64,000 nucleotides of DNA. Source: Spirochaetia bacterium. GTDB taxonomy: Bacteria; Spirochaetota; Spirochaetia; SZUA-6; Bin103. The notes below the pieces were generated by a model that saw only the letters and a list, made by a program, of their open reading frames with translations, was not told the DNA's origin and made no database searches. This document shows positions 19,977 through 33,227 of this stretch, piece by piece (position 1 is the first letter of the stretch; the number at the start of each line of letters is the position of its first letter). Both the position numbers and the translations under genes were made by a program. The stretch is taken from the NCBI GenBank assembly GCA_965203515.1, contig OZ241907.1, forward strand, positions 2,624,001 through 2,688,000. Direction: 5' to 3'.

Positions 19977-21002
19977 ATGGCTGCCATCAAGACTGCCGTC
20001 GGGCCGCGCCCCGACACCGATGCCGCGCAGCCGGCGCCCGAGTTCCCCGGCTGCACGCCGGTCCACCTGCCGGCAGACAAGCTCGACCGTAGCGAACGGC
20101 GGTTGGAGTATTGGGACGGCGCTACCGAGACCGCCTGGATCTGCGAACCGGCCAGTCCCTACCACGAACGGCCCTCCGGCCGCCTGACCCGGCTCACCGA
20201 GCGGATCGCGCTGGTGCGCGGCGCTCCCATCGAAAGCTACGGCTCGATGGACCTGCGGCAGCATGACGGGCCGCGCAGCATCATGCAGGCCGACGAGTCG
20301 GTGTACCTGCATCCGGGCAGCGCGCGGCTGCCGGGACCGTCGGCGATGGTGATCGGCGTGGACGACTATCCCGACGTGGTGCTGGAGGTGGACCACACTA
20401 CCGACGTGCGGCGCGGCAAGCTGGCGTTGTACGAGTCGTGGGGATTCCCGGAGGTATGGGTGGAGGTGCCGGACGAAACCGCGCCGAGCCGCCCGCGGAG
20501 CCGGCGTTCGGGACTGACGATCCTCCTGCTGGAGGCCGGCGCGTACCGGGCGGCGCGGGAGAGCCGCGCGTTTCCGGGGTGGAAGGCGGAGGAGATCCAC
20601 GCGGCGTTGAACGAACCGGCGCTGTCGGCGCAGACCAGTGCGGTGCTGGAGCGGGTAGGGACGACGCTCGGCGAGCGGGAGGGCACCGGGCCGGACCACG
20701 ATCCGCTGCTGCGGTCACAACGGCGCCGGGGATTCGAGCGCGGGCTGGAGCGCGGCCACGAGCGTGGCCTGAAGCACGGCCTCGAACGCGGCCTGGAGCA
20801 CGGGCGGGCGGAGGAGCGCGCGCTGCTGTGCCGGCAGGCGGCGCGGAAGTTCGACGACGACACGGCGCAACGGCTCGCAGTGCTTCTGGAGCAGACCGCC
20901 GATCCCGAACGCCTGGCGCAGGCCGGAATCTGGATCCTCGAGTGCGAGACCGGAGCCGAGCTCCTCGACCGGTTAGCAGGCAACACTGCGCGCCGGACGT
21001 GA
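19977..21002 (+). CDS. Uma2-family (PD-(D/E)XK) endonuclease-like protein with GxExG repeats and a helical C-terminal tail
   Basis: MQADESVY, PDVVLEVD, KLALYESWGFPEVW; repeats GFERGLERGHERGLKHGLERGLEHG. Confidence 0.82.
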   Translation: MAAIKTAVGPRPDTDAAQPAPEFPGCTPVHLPADKLDRSERRLEYWDGATETAWICEPASPYHERPSGRLTRLTERIALVRGAPIESYGSMDLRQHDGPRSIMQADESVYLHPGSARLPGPSAMVIGVDDYPDVVLEVDHTTDVRRGKLALYESWGFPEVWVEVPDETAPSRPRSRRSGLTILLLEAGAYRAARESRAFPGWKAEEIHAALNEPALSAQTSAVLERVGTTLGEREGTGPDHDPLLRSQRRRGFERGLERGHERGLKHGLERGLEHGRAEERALLCRQAARKFDDDTAQRLAVLLEQTADPERLAQAGIWILECETGAELLDRLAGNTARRT

Positions 21003-21130
21003 ACCGGCGGACAAACTGGCGCAGTGGCGCACACCGAGCACGGTATCCGCTGGCTGATCTCCGCCGTTGCGTGGGGGAAGCAGGCACCCTGCGCAGCGCC
21101 GCAGCAGGACGACGAGAAGGCATGGACGAT

Positions 21131-21215
21131 CAGTGATACCCCTACCTGGAGGGCTACTCACCCGATTTCGTCAAGAACGTGCTTCACCCCTTTGCTCCAA
21201 CCGCGGCTCGAGCCG
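21131..21215 (+). pseudogene. Possible remnant of a DNA methyltransferase N-terminus
   Basis: Q*YPYLEGYSPDFVKNVLHPFAPTAAR resembles the W(F/Y)PYxEG(F/Y)S..FV motif of N4/N6 methyltransferases, with TGG>TGA. Confidence 0.35.
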
Positions 21216-21479
21216 GCACTCGCCCTGCCGACCTGAGCGACGTGCGCGGTGGACGTCGAAGAATTCGAGCCGGCTTCAGTGCGCGTAGCACAATAGACGG
21301 TACTTGAATCGTTGCGTTTCGAGGATATAGTCGTCGTGCAGTACTCCTTTTCGAGTCTGGTATAGGGCGTTCGCCGCGCCATGGCAGCATCATCGCATCG
21401 TTCGGCCGGGTCTCTCAAAGCGTCCACTGGAGGCCACGCCGCTCCTTGCCCCTCAAACCGGCGGTTGCAGGAGGGCGCG

Positions 21480-21538
21480 GGCGCTCCTCCATGCCGTCCG
21501 GTGGAGCGTTTGACCGCCGGCCGGCCCGGCGGGTATGG
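21480..21538 (+). repeat. Repeat R: promoter-proximal region of the reductase gene, adjoining a -10-like TATGGT (21534-21539)
   Basis: Matches 18860-18923. Confidence 0.7.
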
Positions 21539-21563
21539 TGACCTCGCTACAAGGGAGTGAAAC

Positions 21564-23834
<2,271 letters not shown>

Positions 23835-23852
23835 CGGCCGCCGGAGACCGCC

Positions 23853-24437
23853 ATGGACATCACCTCGCTGCAACACGTCAACGTCAAGGTAGCCGCGGCC
23901 GACGCCGGCGGCTTCGACCTCGCCCGCGCCATCCCGGTGTTCCACCGCTGGATTCAGGATCGGGTGCTGGACGACGAGCTGGCGATCGACGTGGCCGACT
24001 ACCGCCACGTGCCGGACGGGCCGGGCGTGATCCTGGTCGCCCATGAGGCGATCTACGGCCTCGATCAGGGGGACGGGTCGCTGGGCCTGCTCTACGACCG
24101 GCGCGCGGCGGTCGACGGGACTCCGCAGGAGCGGCTGCGGCAGGCGGCGCGGGCGGCGCTGCGGGCGTGCCGGCTGCTGGAGGAAGACCCGGCGCTGGAC
24201 GGAGCGCTCCGCTTCGACGGCGGCCGGCTGCAGGTGAGCGTCAACGACCGCGCGCTGGCGCCCAACACCGACGCCACCGACCGCGCGTTGCGTCCGCAGG
24301 TGGAGCGGCTGCTCGAGTCGCTCTGGGGCGCCGGCGCCCACGCCATCGAACGGCTCGGCGAGCCGCGCGAGCGCTACCGCCTGGGAGCGTCGGCCGGCCG
24401 GCGGATCCCCGTCGCGGAGCTGCTCGCCCGGCTCTGA
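23853..24437 (+). CDS. Hypothetical protein co-transcribed with the reductase
   Basis: GGAG ribosome-binding site, 18 bp after the reductase stop; globular sequence IPVFHRWIQ...IDVADYRHVPDGPGVILVAHEA. Confidence 0.82.
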   Translation: MDITSLQHVNVKVAAADAGGFDLARAIPVFHRWIQDRVLDDELAIDVADYRHVPDGPGVILVAHEAIYGLDQGDGSLGLLYDRRAAVDGTPQERLRQAARAALRACRLLEEDPALDGALRFDGGRLQVSVNDRALAPNTDATDRALRPQVERLLESLWGAGAHAIERLGEPRERYRLGASAGRRIPVAELLARL

Positions 24438-24485
24438 AGCCGCCGGCTCTGAAAGCCGCCCGGCGCCGGCCGGGAGCGCCGCGCC

Positions 24486-26432
<1,947 letters not shown>

Positions 26433-26515
26433 GGGCGCAAGTATACCAGGGGAGAAGATGGCGCTGCGACCCGAGGGCGCCGTGGCCGGGCGGCGGCGTG
26501 GCCGGGCGGCGCCGT

Positions 26516-27895
26516 TCAGCTCGGGGGAACCGGGCCGGGGCTCTGCGGCAGGGGGTAGCGGGTTCCGGTGACGGCGATGCGGAAGCGGTCGTCCGGGCTG
26601 GGCAGAGGCTTCATGACGACGTGCAGCGCCTGGTCCGGCGGCTGCATCTCCACGTGGAAGTGGCGGAACAGCACCGCGGTGACGACCAGGTACAGGAGGT
26701 CGGCGGTCGACGCCCCCAGGCAGGTGTGCGGGCCGAGGCCGTAGGGGCAGTAGACGTTCGGCTGCATGTGCTCCTTGCGGTCCGCCGCGTAGCGGCCGAC
26801 GTCGAAGCGTTCCGGGTCGGGAAAGTATTGCGGCAGGTGATGGGTCACCGTGTTGGCGATGATGCAGTACTCGTCCTTGGGTATCTCGTAGCCCTGGAAT
26901 TCGAAGGCGGCTATCGACGTGCGGGGAAGCGCGGGCGCCGGCGGATGCAGACGCAGGATCTCCATGGCCGCGTGTCGGGTCTGTACCATGCCGCGCAGCG
27001 AGTCACGGTCGGGAAAGCCGGGGGCGAACGCCAGATCGGCCTCCGCCACGACCGCCCGGTGCAGCTCCGGATCGCGCAGGATGTGGTACAGCAGGAAGGA
27101 GGTGGTGCTGGCCGCCGTATCCATGCCGGCGATGAACGGGCCGATGAGCGCGGCGACCGCGTCCCGTTCGTTCATCAGCCGCGGATGCTCGGCGTGGACC
27201 TTGCGGACCAGGTCGACGAAATCGCCGCCGCTTTCCAGGTAGTCGCGCACGTGGTGCTGGTCCCAGATGCGGCGCGCCATCGCGTGCACGGAGCGCTTGG
27301 CCGCGACGTAGCGCGGCAGATATTTCATGGAGGCGGGCCGTACCTTCTGGATGTGGATCTGCACCAGCGCGCGAAAGAAGTAGATCAGGTCCTCCATCAC
27401 CTCCGCCGGTTCCTGGTTGGTCGCCATGAATCCCAGCACGGACGAAACCAGACGCTTGACGTGCGGGAACGCAGCGATCGGTGTCCGCATGGGCCAGCTT
27501 CGGAGCAGGTTGAACTGGCTCCTGACCAGCTTCTCCATCTGCGCGTAGAGCGTCCTGCCGGAGTAGCCGTCCTTGAGGCCGGCGCGCATGGTGCGATGGT
27601 CGGGGCCGTCCAGCTCGATGAGCGTGGGGTTGTCGCCGCCGAGCACCCGGTGGATGTCCTGCATCACTTCGCCGGAGGCGAACAGGCGATGGCCCTGCCG
27701 CTTCATCAGCGCATTCGCTTCGGGACCGGCCAGCACCAGCAGGCGACGATTGAGGGCCCGCACGCGGAACACCGGTCCCAACCGCAGATACTGCCTGGTG
27801 AGGAAATCGCCCATCGCCGTCAGCATCGGCAGCATGTTGCCGATGATCGGCGGGCCCGGCGCCGTCGGTATGGTCATGGTCGATGCAGCCGCCAT
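26516..27895 (-). CDS. Cytochrome P450
   Basis: PGPPIIGN, I-helix AGMDT, ExxR (EILR), PERF, heme motif [11 protein letters not shown]; start 27895 or 27877. Confidence 0.93.
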   Translation of the reverse strand: MAAASTMTIPTAPGPPIIGNMLPMLTAMGDFLTRQYLRLGPVFRVRALNRRLLVLAGPEANALMKRQGHRLFASGEVMQDIHRVLGGDNPTLIELDGPDHRTMRAGLKDGYSGRTLYAQMEKLVRSQFNLLRSWPMRTPIAAFPHVKRLVSSVLGFMATNQEPAEVMEDLIYFFRALVQIHIQKVRPASMKYLPRYVAAKRSVHAMARRIWDQHHVRDYLESGGDFVDLVRKVHAEHPRLMNERDAVAALIGPFIAGMDTAASTTSFLLYHILRDPELHRAVVAEADLAFAPGFPDRDSLRGMVQTRHAAMEILRLHPPAPALPRTSIAAFEFQGYEIPKDEYCIIANTVTHHLPQYFPDPERFDVGRYAADRKEHMQPNVYCPYGLGPHTCLGASTADLLYLVVTAVLFRHFHVEMQPPDQALHVVMKPLPSPDDRFRIAVTGTRYPLPQSPGPVPPS

Positions 27896-27947
27896 CTGAC
27901 CGGATAGTACGCACGCCCCGGACCCGGCGACAAGCGGGGCGCGGTCT

Positions 27948-28637
27948 TCAGTCGTCAATTCCCGCGGCGCCGGTGCTGGCGCCGGCTGCGGGAGCGATCG
28001 CCCGCAGCAGATCCGCGTCGGTGTCCACGTCGAGGTCGCCGCCCGGAAAATCGATCACCGCGACCGCCGCGCAGCCGCGCAGCACGCGCTTCGCGCCGCG
28101 GTCGCCGGTGAGCGCCGACAACCGGTCGAACAGCGCCGGCGCGAACAGCGCCGGCGGCCCGACCGCGCCGCCGTATCCGCACGCGACCGCCGCGGCTCCG
28201 CCGGCCGCGAACCGCTCGATCAGCGCCGTCAGGACGCCGGCCGTCAACCGCGGCTGGTCGCAGGGCAGTACGATGCAGCCGGCCGGCTGGCCGGCCGGCT
28301 GGCCCGGCGGCTGGCCGCCCGTGACCGCGCGCACCCCGCAGGCGATCGAGGCGCCCACGCCGTCGGCCCAGCGGGAGTTGGTCACGCGCCGGACCGGCAG
28401 ATCGGCGACCGCATCGCCCACCGCCGCTCCTTCGGCGCCGAGCACCACGAACACCGGCCGGCACCCGGCGGCAAGCGCCGCACCAGCGGCGCGGCGCACC
28501 AGCGGCTCGCCGTCGATCCGCACGAGCTGCTTGGGCCGGCCGAGCCGGGTCGAACCGCCGGCCGCCAGCACCACCGCCGCAACCGCTGCCGCGCCGGCCG
28601 CCGGGGGCGGCGCCGGGGGCGGCGCGCTGCCGCTCAC
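27948..28637 (-). CDS. Molybdenum cofactor cytidylyltransferase-like (MocA/NTP_transf_3) nucleotidyltransferase
   Basis: VLAAGGSTRLGRPKQL, PCDQP, GDRGAK, DVDT; GTGA overlap with xdhC. Confidence 0.88.
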   Translation of the reverse strand: MSGSAPPPAPPPAAGAAAVAAVVLAAGGSTRLGRPKQLVRIDGEPLVRRAAGAALAAGCRPVFVVLGAEGAAVGDAVADLPVRRVTNSRWADGVGASIACGVRAVTGGQPPGQPAGQPAGCIVLPCDQPRLTAGVLTALIERFAAGGAAAVACGYGGAVGPPALFAPALFDRLSALTGDRGAKRVLRGCAAVAVIDFPGGDLDVDTDADLLRAIAPAAGASTGAAGIDD

Positions 28638-29761
28638 GGCGATCGGTCGTGGATCGGGCCGGGGCGGTCGCGCAGGTGGCCGGCGGTGCGCGCGGACAGC
28701 ACGCCGAGGATCTCCGCGACCACCGAGAGCGCGATCTCTTCCGGCGTCTGCGCGCCGATGTCGAGGCCGGCCGGACAGTAGAGCCGGCCCGGATCGCCGT
28801 CCTCCCAGCCCGCCTCGGCGATGAGTCGCTCGGCGCGCGAGCGGGGGCCGATCACCCCCACGTAGGCGGCCGGGGTCTCCTTGAGCGCCGCCAGGATCGC
28901 CGCGTCGCGCAGGTAGTCGTGGGTCACCGACACGCACGCGGTGCGCGGTCCCGGCGCGATCCGGCGGACCGCGTCGGCCGCGTCGGCGGCGTGCAGCACG
29001 GCGGCGGCGGCCGGATGGCGCTGCGGGTCGGCATAGGCCGGGCGGTGATCGGTCAGGGTCACGGAAAGACCGGCCTGCGCGCCGATCACCGCCAGCGGAG
29101 CGGCGTCGTCGCCGGCGCCGAACACCGCCAGGCGGCGCACCGGCATGATGCCTTCGATCATCACCTGCGCCGTACCGCGGCCGGCCGGATAGCGGTCGGC
29201 GGTAACCCGCTCGGAGCCTAGCAGCGACCGCGCGCGGCGCTCGACCGCCGCATCGAGGCCGGCGTCGCCCAGCGAACCGCGCGCCGGGCCGCCGCCGGTC
29301 ACCAGCAGGCGCGCGCCCAGCGGCGCCCGCTCGGGGTCGGTCTCGGGCGGGTCGATCACCGTGGCCAGGGCGGCCGGCCGGCCCTGCCGGAGCGGCGGCT
29401 CCAGGCACTCGCGCAGCGACGGCCGATGTCCGTCGTCGACCGGCGCCACCAGGATGTCCACCACCCCCTGGCAGCCGCTGCCGGAGCCGATCACCACGTC
29501 GACGGGGGCGGTGGTGTCGTAGCGGTGCCGGGACGGCCGGCCGGTGCGCATCGCCTGCCGCGCCCGATCGTCCAGGTCGAAGCAGCCCCCGGAGAGCATC
29601 CCCACCCGCTCCCCGTCCGCGCCGAACAGCATACGCGCGCCGGCCCGCCGATAGCTCGAACCGGCGACCCGCACGACGGTAGCCACGGCGCCCGGCTGCC
29701 GGTCGCGCTCCAGGGCGGTCAGCCGGTCGAGCAGGCGCTCGCGTTCCGTCACCGGGACCAC
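28634..29761 (-). CDS. xdhC: XdhC/CoxI-family molybdoenzyme accessory protein
   Basis: GSSYRRAGARM, SGGC, GCQG, VFGAGDDA, THDY, PAGLDIGAQTPEEIALS. Confidence 0.92.
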   Translation of the reverse strand: MVPVTERERLLDRLTALERDRQPGAVATVVRVAGSSYRRAGARMLFGADGERVGMLSGGCFDLDDRARQAMRTGRPSRHRYDTTAPVDVVIGSGSGCQGVVDILVAPVDDGHRPSLRECLEPPLRQGRPAALATVIDPPETDPERAPLGARLLVTGGGPARGSLGDAGLDAAVERRARSLLGSERVTADRYPAGRGTAQVMIEGIMPVRRLAVFGAGDDAAPLAVIGAQAGLSVTLTDHRPAYADPQRHPAAAAVLHAADAADAVRRIAPGPRTACVSVTHDYLRDAAILAALKETPAAYVGVIGPRSRAERLIAEAGWEDGDPGRLYCPAGLDIGAQTPEEIALSVVAEILGVLSARTAGHLRDRPGPIHDRSP

Positions 29762-29786
29762 GCCGTGCTCCTACGCGCCGATGCGC

Positions 29787-30356
29787 CTACGCGCCGGGAC
29801 CGTGCAGCAGCGCATAGATCACTACGCCGGTGACCGACACGTAGAGCCAGACGGGGAGCGTGACGCGGGCCAGCGGGCGGTGGCGGGGGTGGCGCGTCCA
29901 GCCCCGGCGCAACGTCACGAGGGCGAGGGGTATGATGGTCACCGCCAGGGTGACGTGCGAGACCAGTATCGGGTAGTAGAGCCAGGGTACCGGCCCCGCG
30001 TAGGGCCGGGAGCCGCCGCTCGCTCCGTGATAGATCAGGTAGCCGGTGAGAAACAGCGTCGAGGCCGCGAACGCGGCCAGCACCAGCGCTCGATGGACGG
30101 CGACGGCGTTGCGCCGGATGGCGACGTAGGCGGCAGTCAGACAGACGGCGGCGATCGAGTTCCAGACGACGTTCACGGTCGGCAGCGCCGACACGTCGAG
30201 CCGCGACCGATCGAGCGGCGAGGCGATGCGGGCGCCGGTCGCCGGGCGCGCGGTCAGCACGAAGGCGACCGCGGCCACGGCGGCCACGCTGAAGATGGCG
30301 ATGATCGTGAGCCAGAACCGGTCGGCGGCGGCGCGCTGAGCCGCGGTGCGCAGCAT
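29787..30356 (-). CDS. DUF420 membrane protein
   Basis: LPTVN, AVHR, FLTGYLIYH, ILVSH, HRPLARVTLPVWLYVSVTGVVIY. Confidence 0.88.
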   Translation of the reverse strand: MLRTAAQRAAADRFWLTIIAIFSVAAVAAVAFVLTARPATGARIASPLDRSRLDVSALPTVNVVWNSIAAVCLTAAYVAIRRNAVAVHRALVLAAFAASTLFLTGYLIYHGASGGSRPYAGPVPWLYYPILVSHVTLAVTIIPLALVTLRRGWTRHPRHRPLARVTLPVWLYVSVTGVVIYALLHGPGA

Positions 30357-30362
30357 GGAACG

Positions 30363-31241
30363 ATGAGTATACCCGCAGCCGGTGCCGGGAGCGGCAGCGG
30401 CGCCGGGAACGGCGGCGGCGCCGGGAGCGTCGGTTGCGCCGGGAGCGGCCCCCGGCGCGGGGTGGTGTTCACCGAACGGGCGTTGGCCGCCGCCGGCGGC
30501 GCGCCGGCGGTACGCCGCCTCTGCGCGGAGCGCGGCCTGGACGCGGAGTTCGAGCTGCGCGTGGGCCGCGATCGCGCCGGGCTCGACCTGCAGGGTTCGT
30601 GGCTGATCGACCGCCGGCACGGGAGCTTCGCGGCGGCGCTGGGCGCCGATCGGGCGCCGGACGCCGATCGGGCGCCGGGCGCCGGGTTTCACGCGGCGGT
30701 GCGCGGATCGGTCGCCGCCGCGCTCGATCACGTCCGCGCGGTGTGGGACGAGCGGCCGACCTTCTCATCGTACCGCGCCGCGGCGGCCGCGGTGGAGCGC
30801 CTGCGGGGGCGCGGCCGGCTGGTCTTCACCAACGGGGTGTTCGATCTGCTCCACGTCGGCCACCTGCGGTCGCTGGAATACGCGCGCGGCTTGGGGGCGG
30901 CGCTGGTGGTCGGCCTCAACGGCGACGCCTCGGCGCGCGCGCTGCGGCCGGCCGGGCGGCCGGTGATCGGTCAGTTCGCGCGCGCCGAGCTGCTGGCCGC
31001 GCTGCGCTGCGTCGATGCGGTCATCATCTTCGACGATCCCGATCCGTTGCGGCTGATCGAGGCGGTGCGCCCCGACGTGCTGGTCAAGGGCGGTACCTAC
31101 GCGCCCGAGCAGGTAGCCGGCGGCGCGGCGGTGCGCGCGGCCGGCGGCGTGGTGGCGTTGTCGCCGGTGCTCGCCGGCGTCTCCACCACCGCCATCGTGC
31201 GGCGGATCACGCAAGATCGAGAAGGCGCCGGCACGCGCTGA
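30363..31241 (+). CDS. RfaE2/HldE-type heptose-1-phosphate adenylyltransferase domain protein with an unusual N-terminus
   Basis: LVFTNGVFDLLHVGH, VVGLNGD, RP, PDVLVKGG.Y, STTAI; start uncertain. Confidence 0.8.
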   Translation: MSIPAAGAGSGSGAGNGGGAGSVGCAGSGPRRGVVFTERALAAAGGAPAVRRLCAERGLDAEFELRVGRDRAGLDLQGSWLIDRRHGSFAAALGADRAPDADRAPGAGFHAAVRGSVAAALDHVRAVWDERPTFSSYRAAAAAVERLRGRGRLVFTNGVFDLLHVGHLRSLEYARGLGAALVVGLNGDASARALRPAGRPVIGQFARAELLAALRCVDAVIIFDDPDPLRLIEAVRPDVLVKGGTYAPEQVAGGAAVRAAGGVVALSPVLAGVSTTAIVRRITQDREGAGTR

Positions 31242-32196
31242 TCACCGGATCGACGGCGATCGACTCCATCGACGCGCCCTCCGCCGGCGGCGGCAGGGAC
31301 GCGCACCCGTCGTCCGGCGACGCGCCACCGTCGCCCAGCGACGCGCAACCATCGCCCGGCACGGTCGAGCGCGGCGTGACCACCAGAACCGGGGCCGCCG
31401 CGGAGGCCGGCGCCCAGACCGCGGCGTCGCTCACCGCGAACAGCGCCACCACCGCCACCGACAACGCGGCGGCCAGGTGGGCCAGGCCGGAGTCGTTGCC
31501 CAGCAGCAGCGCGCAGGCGGAGATCACCTGCGCCGTGCGCGCAATCGGCCGGCCGCGCACGATCCGATCGTCGCGGGCGGCCGGCGGGCGCAGGTCCGCT
31601 TCCGCCGGCCCCAGCACCCAGGTGACGGCCGCGTCCCGGCGGAGCGCGTCGGCTACGGCGGCGAACCGGTCGAGCGGCCAGTTCTTGCGAGCGCCGCCCG
31701 ATCCCGGAGCGATCGCGACCCGCCGGCCGCCACGCCCCGATGCGGGCCGCGGCGTGCCCGACAGCGCCAGCGCCGGCACCAGCGCCGGGGCGCGATAGTC
31801 CGCCGGACCGGCGCCGACCGCCTGCAGGTGGTGTCGCACGATCGGCTGCCGGTCCGTCGGCGTCGGGCGCACCGCGCTGACCGGACCGGAGACCGCTCCG
31901 GCCAGCGCCCGTGCGACCGGGCCGCCCGGCTCCGTGAAGGCCAGCGCCGCCCGGACCGGCGCCGGCAGCGCCGGCGCCGCGCCCCGGTAGGCGCGCGCGA
32001 ACCACGCCGCGCCGGCGTCCCAAAGATCGTCGACGATGCCGGCGGCGCGCAGCAGCTCGCCCGGATGCCCGCGGCCGAGCAGCGCCAGCCGCCCCACACG
32101 CCGCGCCGCCGCCCAGCGTTCGATCGCCGGGATGGCGACGATCAGATCGCCGAGCGCCCCCGCGTGGTACACCAGATCGGTCCGCACGCCGTGCAT
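31207..32196 (-). CDS. Glycosyltransferase family 9 (heptosyltransferase-like)
   Basis: GALGDL, APGSGGARKNWP, GNDSGLAHLAAAL. Confidence 0.88.
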   Translation of the reverse strand: MHGVRTDLVYHAGALGDLIVAIPAIERWAAARRVGRLALLGRGHPGELLRAAGIVDDLWDAGAAWFARAYRGAAPALPAPVRAALAFTEPGGPVARALAGAVSGPVSAVRPTPTDRQPIVRHHLQAVGAGPADYRAPALVPALALSGTPRPASGRGGRRVAIAPGSGGARKNWPLDRFAAVADALRRDAAVTWVLGPAEADLRPPAARDDRIVRGRPIARTAQVISACALLLGNDSGLAHLAAALSVAVVALFAVSDAAVWAPASAAAPVLVVTPRSTVPGDGCASLGDGGASPDDGCASLPPPAEGASMESIAVDPVISACRRLLDLA

Positions 32197-32216
32197 GGCG
32201 TTATAGTACGCGCGCC
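32197..32216. promoter_or_regulatory. Overlapping divergent -10 elements (bidirectional leaderless promoter)
   Basis: + strand TATAGT 32202-32207 is 9 nt before ATG 32217; - strand TACTAT 32208-32203 is 6 nt before ATG 32196. Confidence 0.6.
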
Positions 32217-33224
32217 ATGGAACAGGCAGACGCCGCGGCGGCGAGCGGCGGCGACCGTCGGCGGCGCGTCACGGCGGCCGCGGTCACCCTTGCGCGCGGC
32301 GTAGCGATGGGCGTCGTCGAGCTGGTCCCGGGAGTGAGCGGAGGCACCATGGCGCTGGTGCTGGGCATCTACGGGGACCTGATCAACGCGATCGACGCCA
32401 CCTTCGCCTGGATCGGACGGTGGCTGCGGCGGCTGCTGCCGGGCGCCGCTACGCGGGCGCGCGCCGGTCGTGCGCCGACGCGGAGCCGCACTCCGCCGGT
32501 CTCGTTCCTGGCGCTGCTGGCGATCGGCATGGCGGCGGCGCTGCTGGCCGGCAGCCATCTGGTGACGGAGCTGCTGCGTACCGCGCGCGGGCCGACCTAT
32601 GCGTTCTTCTGCGGTCTGGTGCTGGCGTCGGTCGCCACGCCGTGGCGCCTGATGGAGCGCCGCGGGCCGGTCGAGATCGCGGTGATACTCTGCGCCGCGG
32701 CCGTCAGCTTCCTGGCGTCCGGGCTGCGCGCCGCGGAGTCGGGCGCGCCCGGGCTCCCGTTCCTGCTGCTCTCCGGGGCGCTGGCGGTGGCCGTGCTGGT
32801 GCTGCCGGGGGTGAGCGGCTCGTTCGTGCTCCTGGCGCTCGGCTCCTACGGCTACGTGATCGAGCGGGTGCGCGGCCTCACCGCCGGCGAGCTCGGCGAG
32901 TCGGCGCTGCCGCTCGCCGTGTTCGGGGTCGGCCTCGTCGCGGGGCTGGCGACCGCCACGCGGCTCATCTCCTGGCTGCTCGCGCGCCACCGGTCGCTGA
33001 CCCTGGCGGCCCTCACCGGGTTGATGCTCGGCTCGTTGCGGGCGCTGGCGCCGTTCTACCGGGACGGGCAGACGGTGCCGCTGCGCGAGGTCGGTACCCT
33101 GGGCGTCGAGCTGCTGCCGCTGGCCGCGGCCGCCGCCGCCGGCGCCGGCGTGGTGATCCTGATGTCGCGGGCCGCTCGCCGCGGCGGTATGCCGGCGGCG
33201 GCGCAGAGGACCGGCGCTCCATAA
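32217..33224 (+). CDS. DUF368 membrane protein
   Basis: MGVVELVPGVSGGTMALVLGIY; LPGVSGSFVLLALGSY. Confidence 0.92.
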   Translation: MEQADAAAASGGDRRRRVTAAAVTLARGVAMGVVELVPGVSGGTMALVLGIYGDLINAIDATFAWIGRWLRRLLPGAATRARAGRAPTRSRTPPVSFLALLAIGMAAALLAGSHLVTELLRTARGPTYAFFCGLVLASVATPWRLMERRGPVEIAVILCAAAVSFLASGLRAAESGAPGLPFLLLSGALAVAVLVLPGVSGSFVLLALGSYGYVIERVRGLTAGELGESALPLAVFGVGLVAGLATATRLISWLLARHRSLTLAALTGLMLGSLRALAPFYRDGQTVPLREVGTLGVELLPLAAAAAAGAGVVILMSRAARRGGMPAAAQRTGAP

Positions 33225-33227
33225 GGC

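Larger units (their letters stand above)
13870..21479. mobile_element. Accessory/variable island (insertion hotspot) between the DUF3179 and nitrite/sulfite reductase genes; no integrase or transposase seen
   Basis: Locally lower GC, several gene fragments, defence- or selfish-type genes, internal decayed copies of both flanks. Confidence 0.7.
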
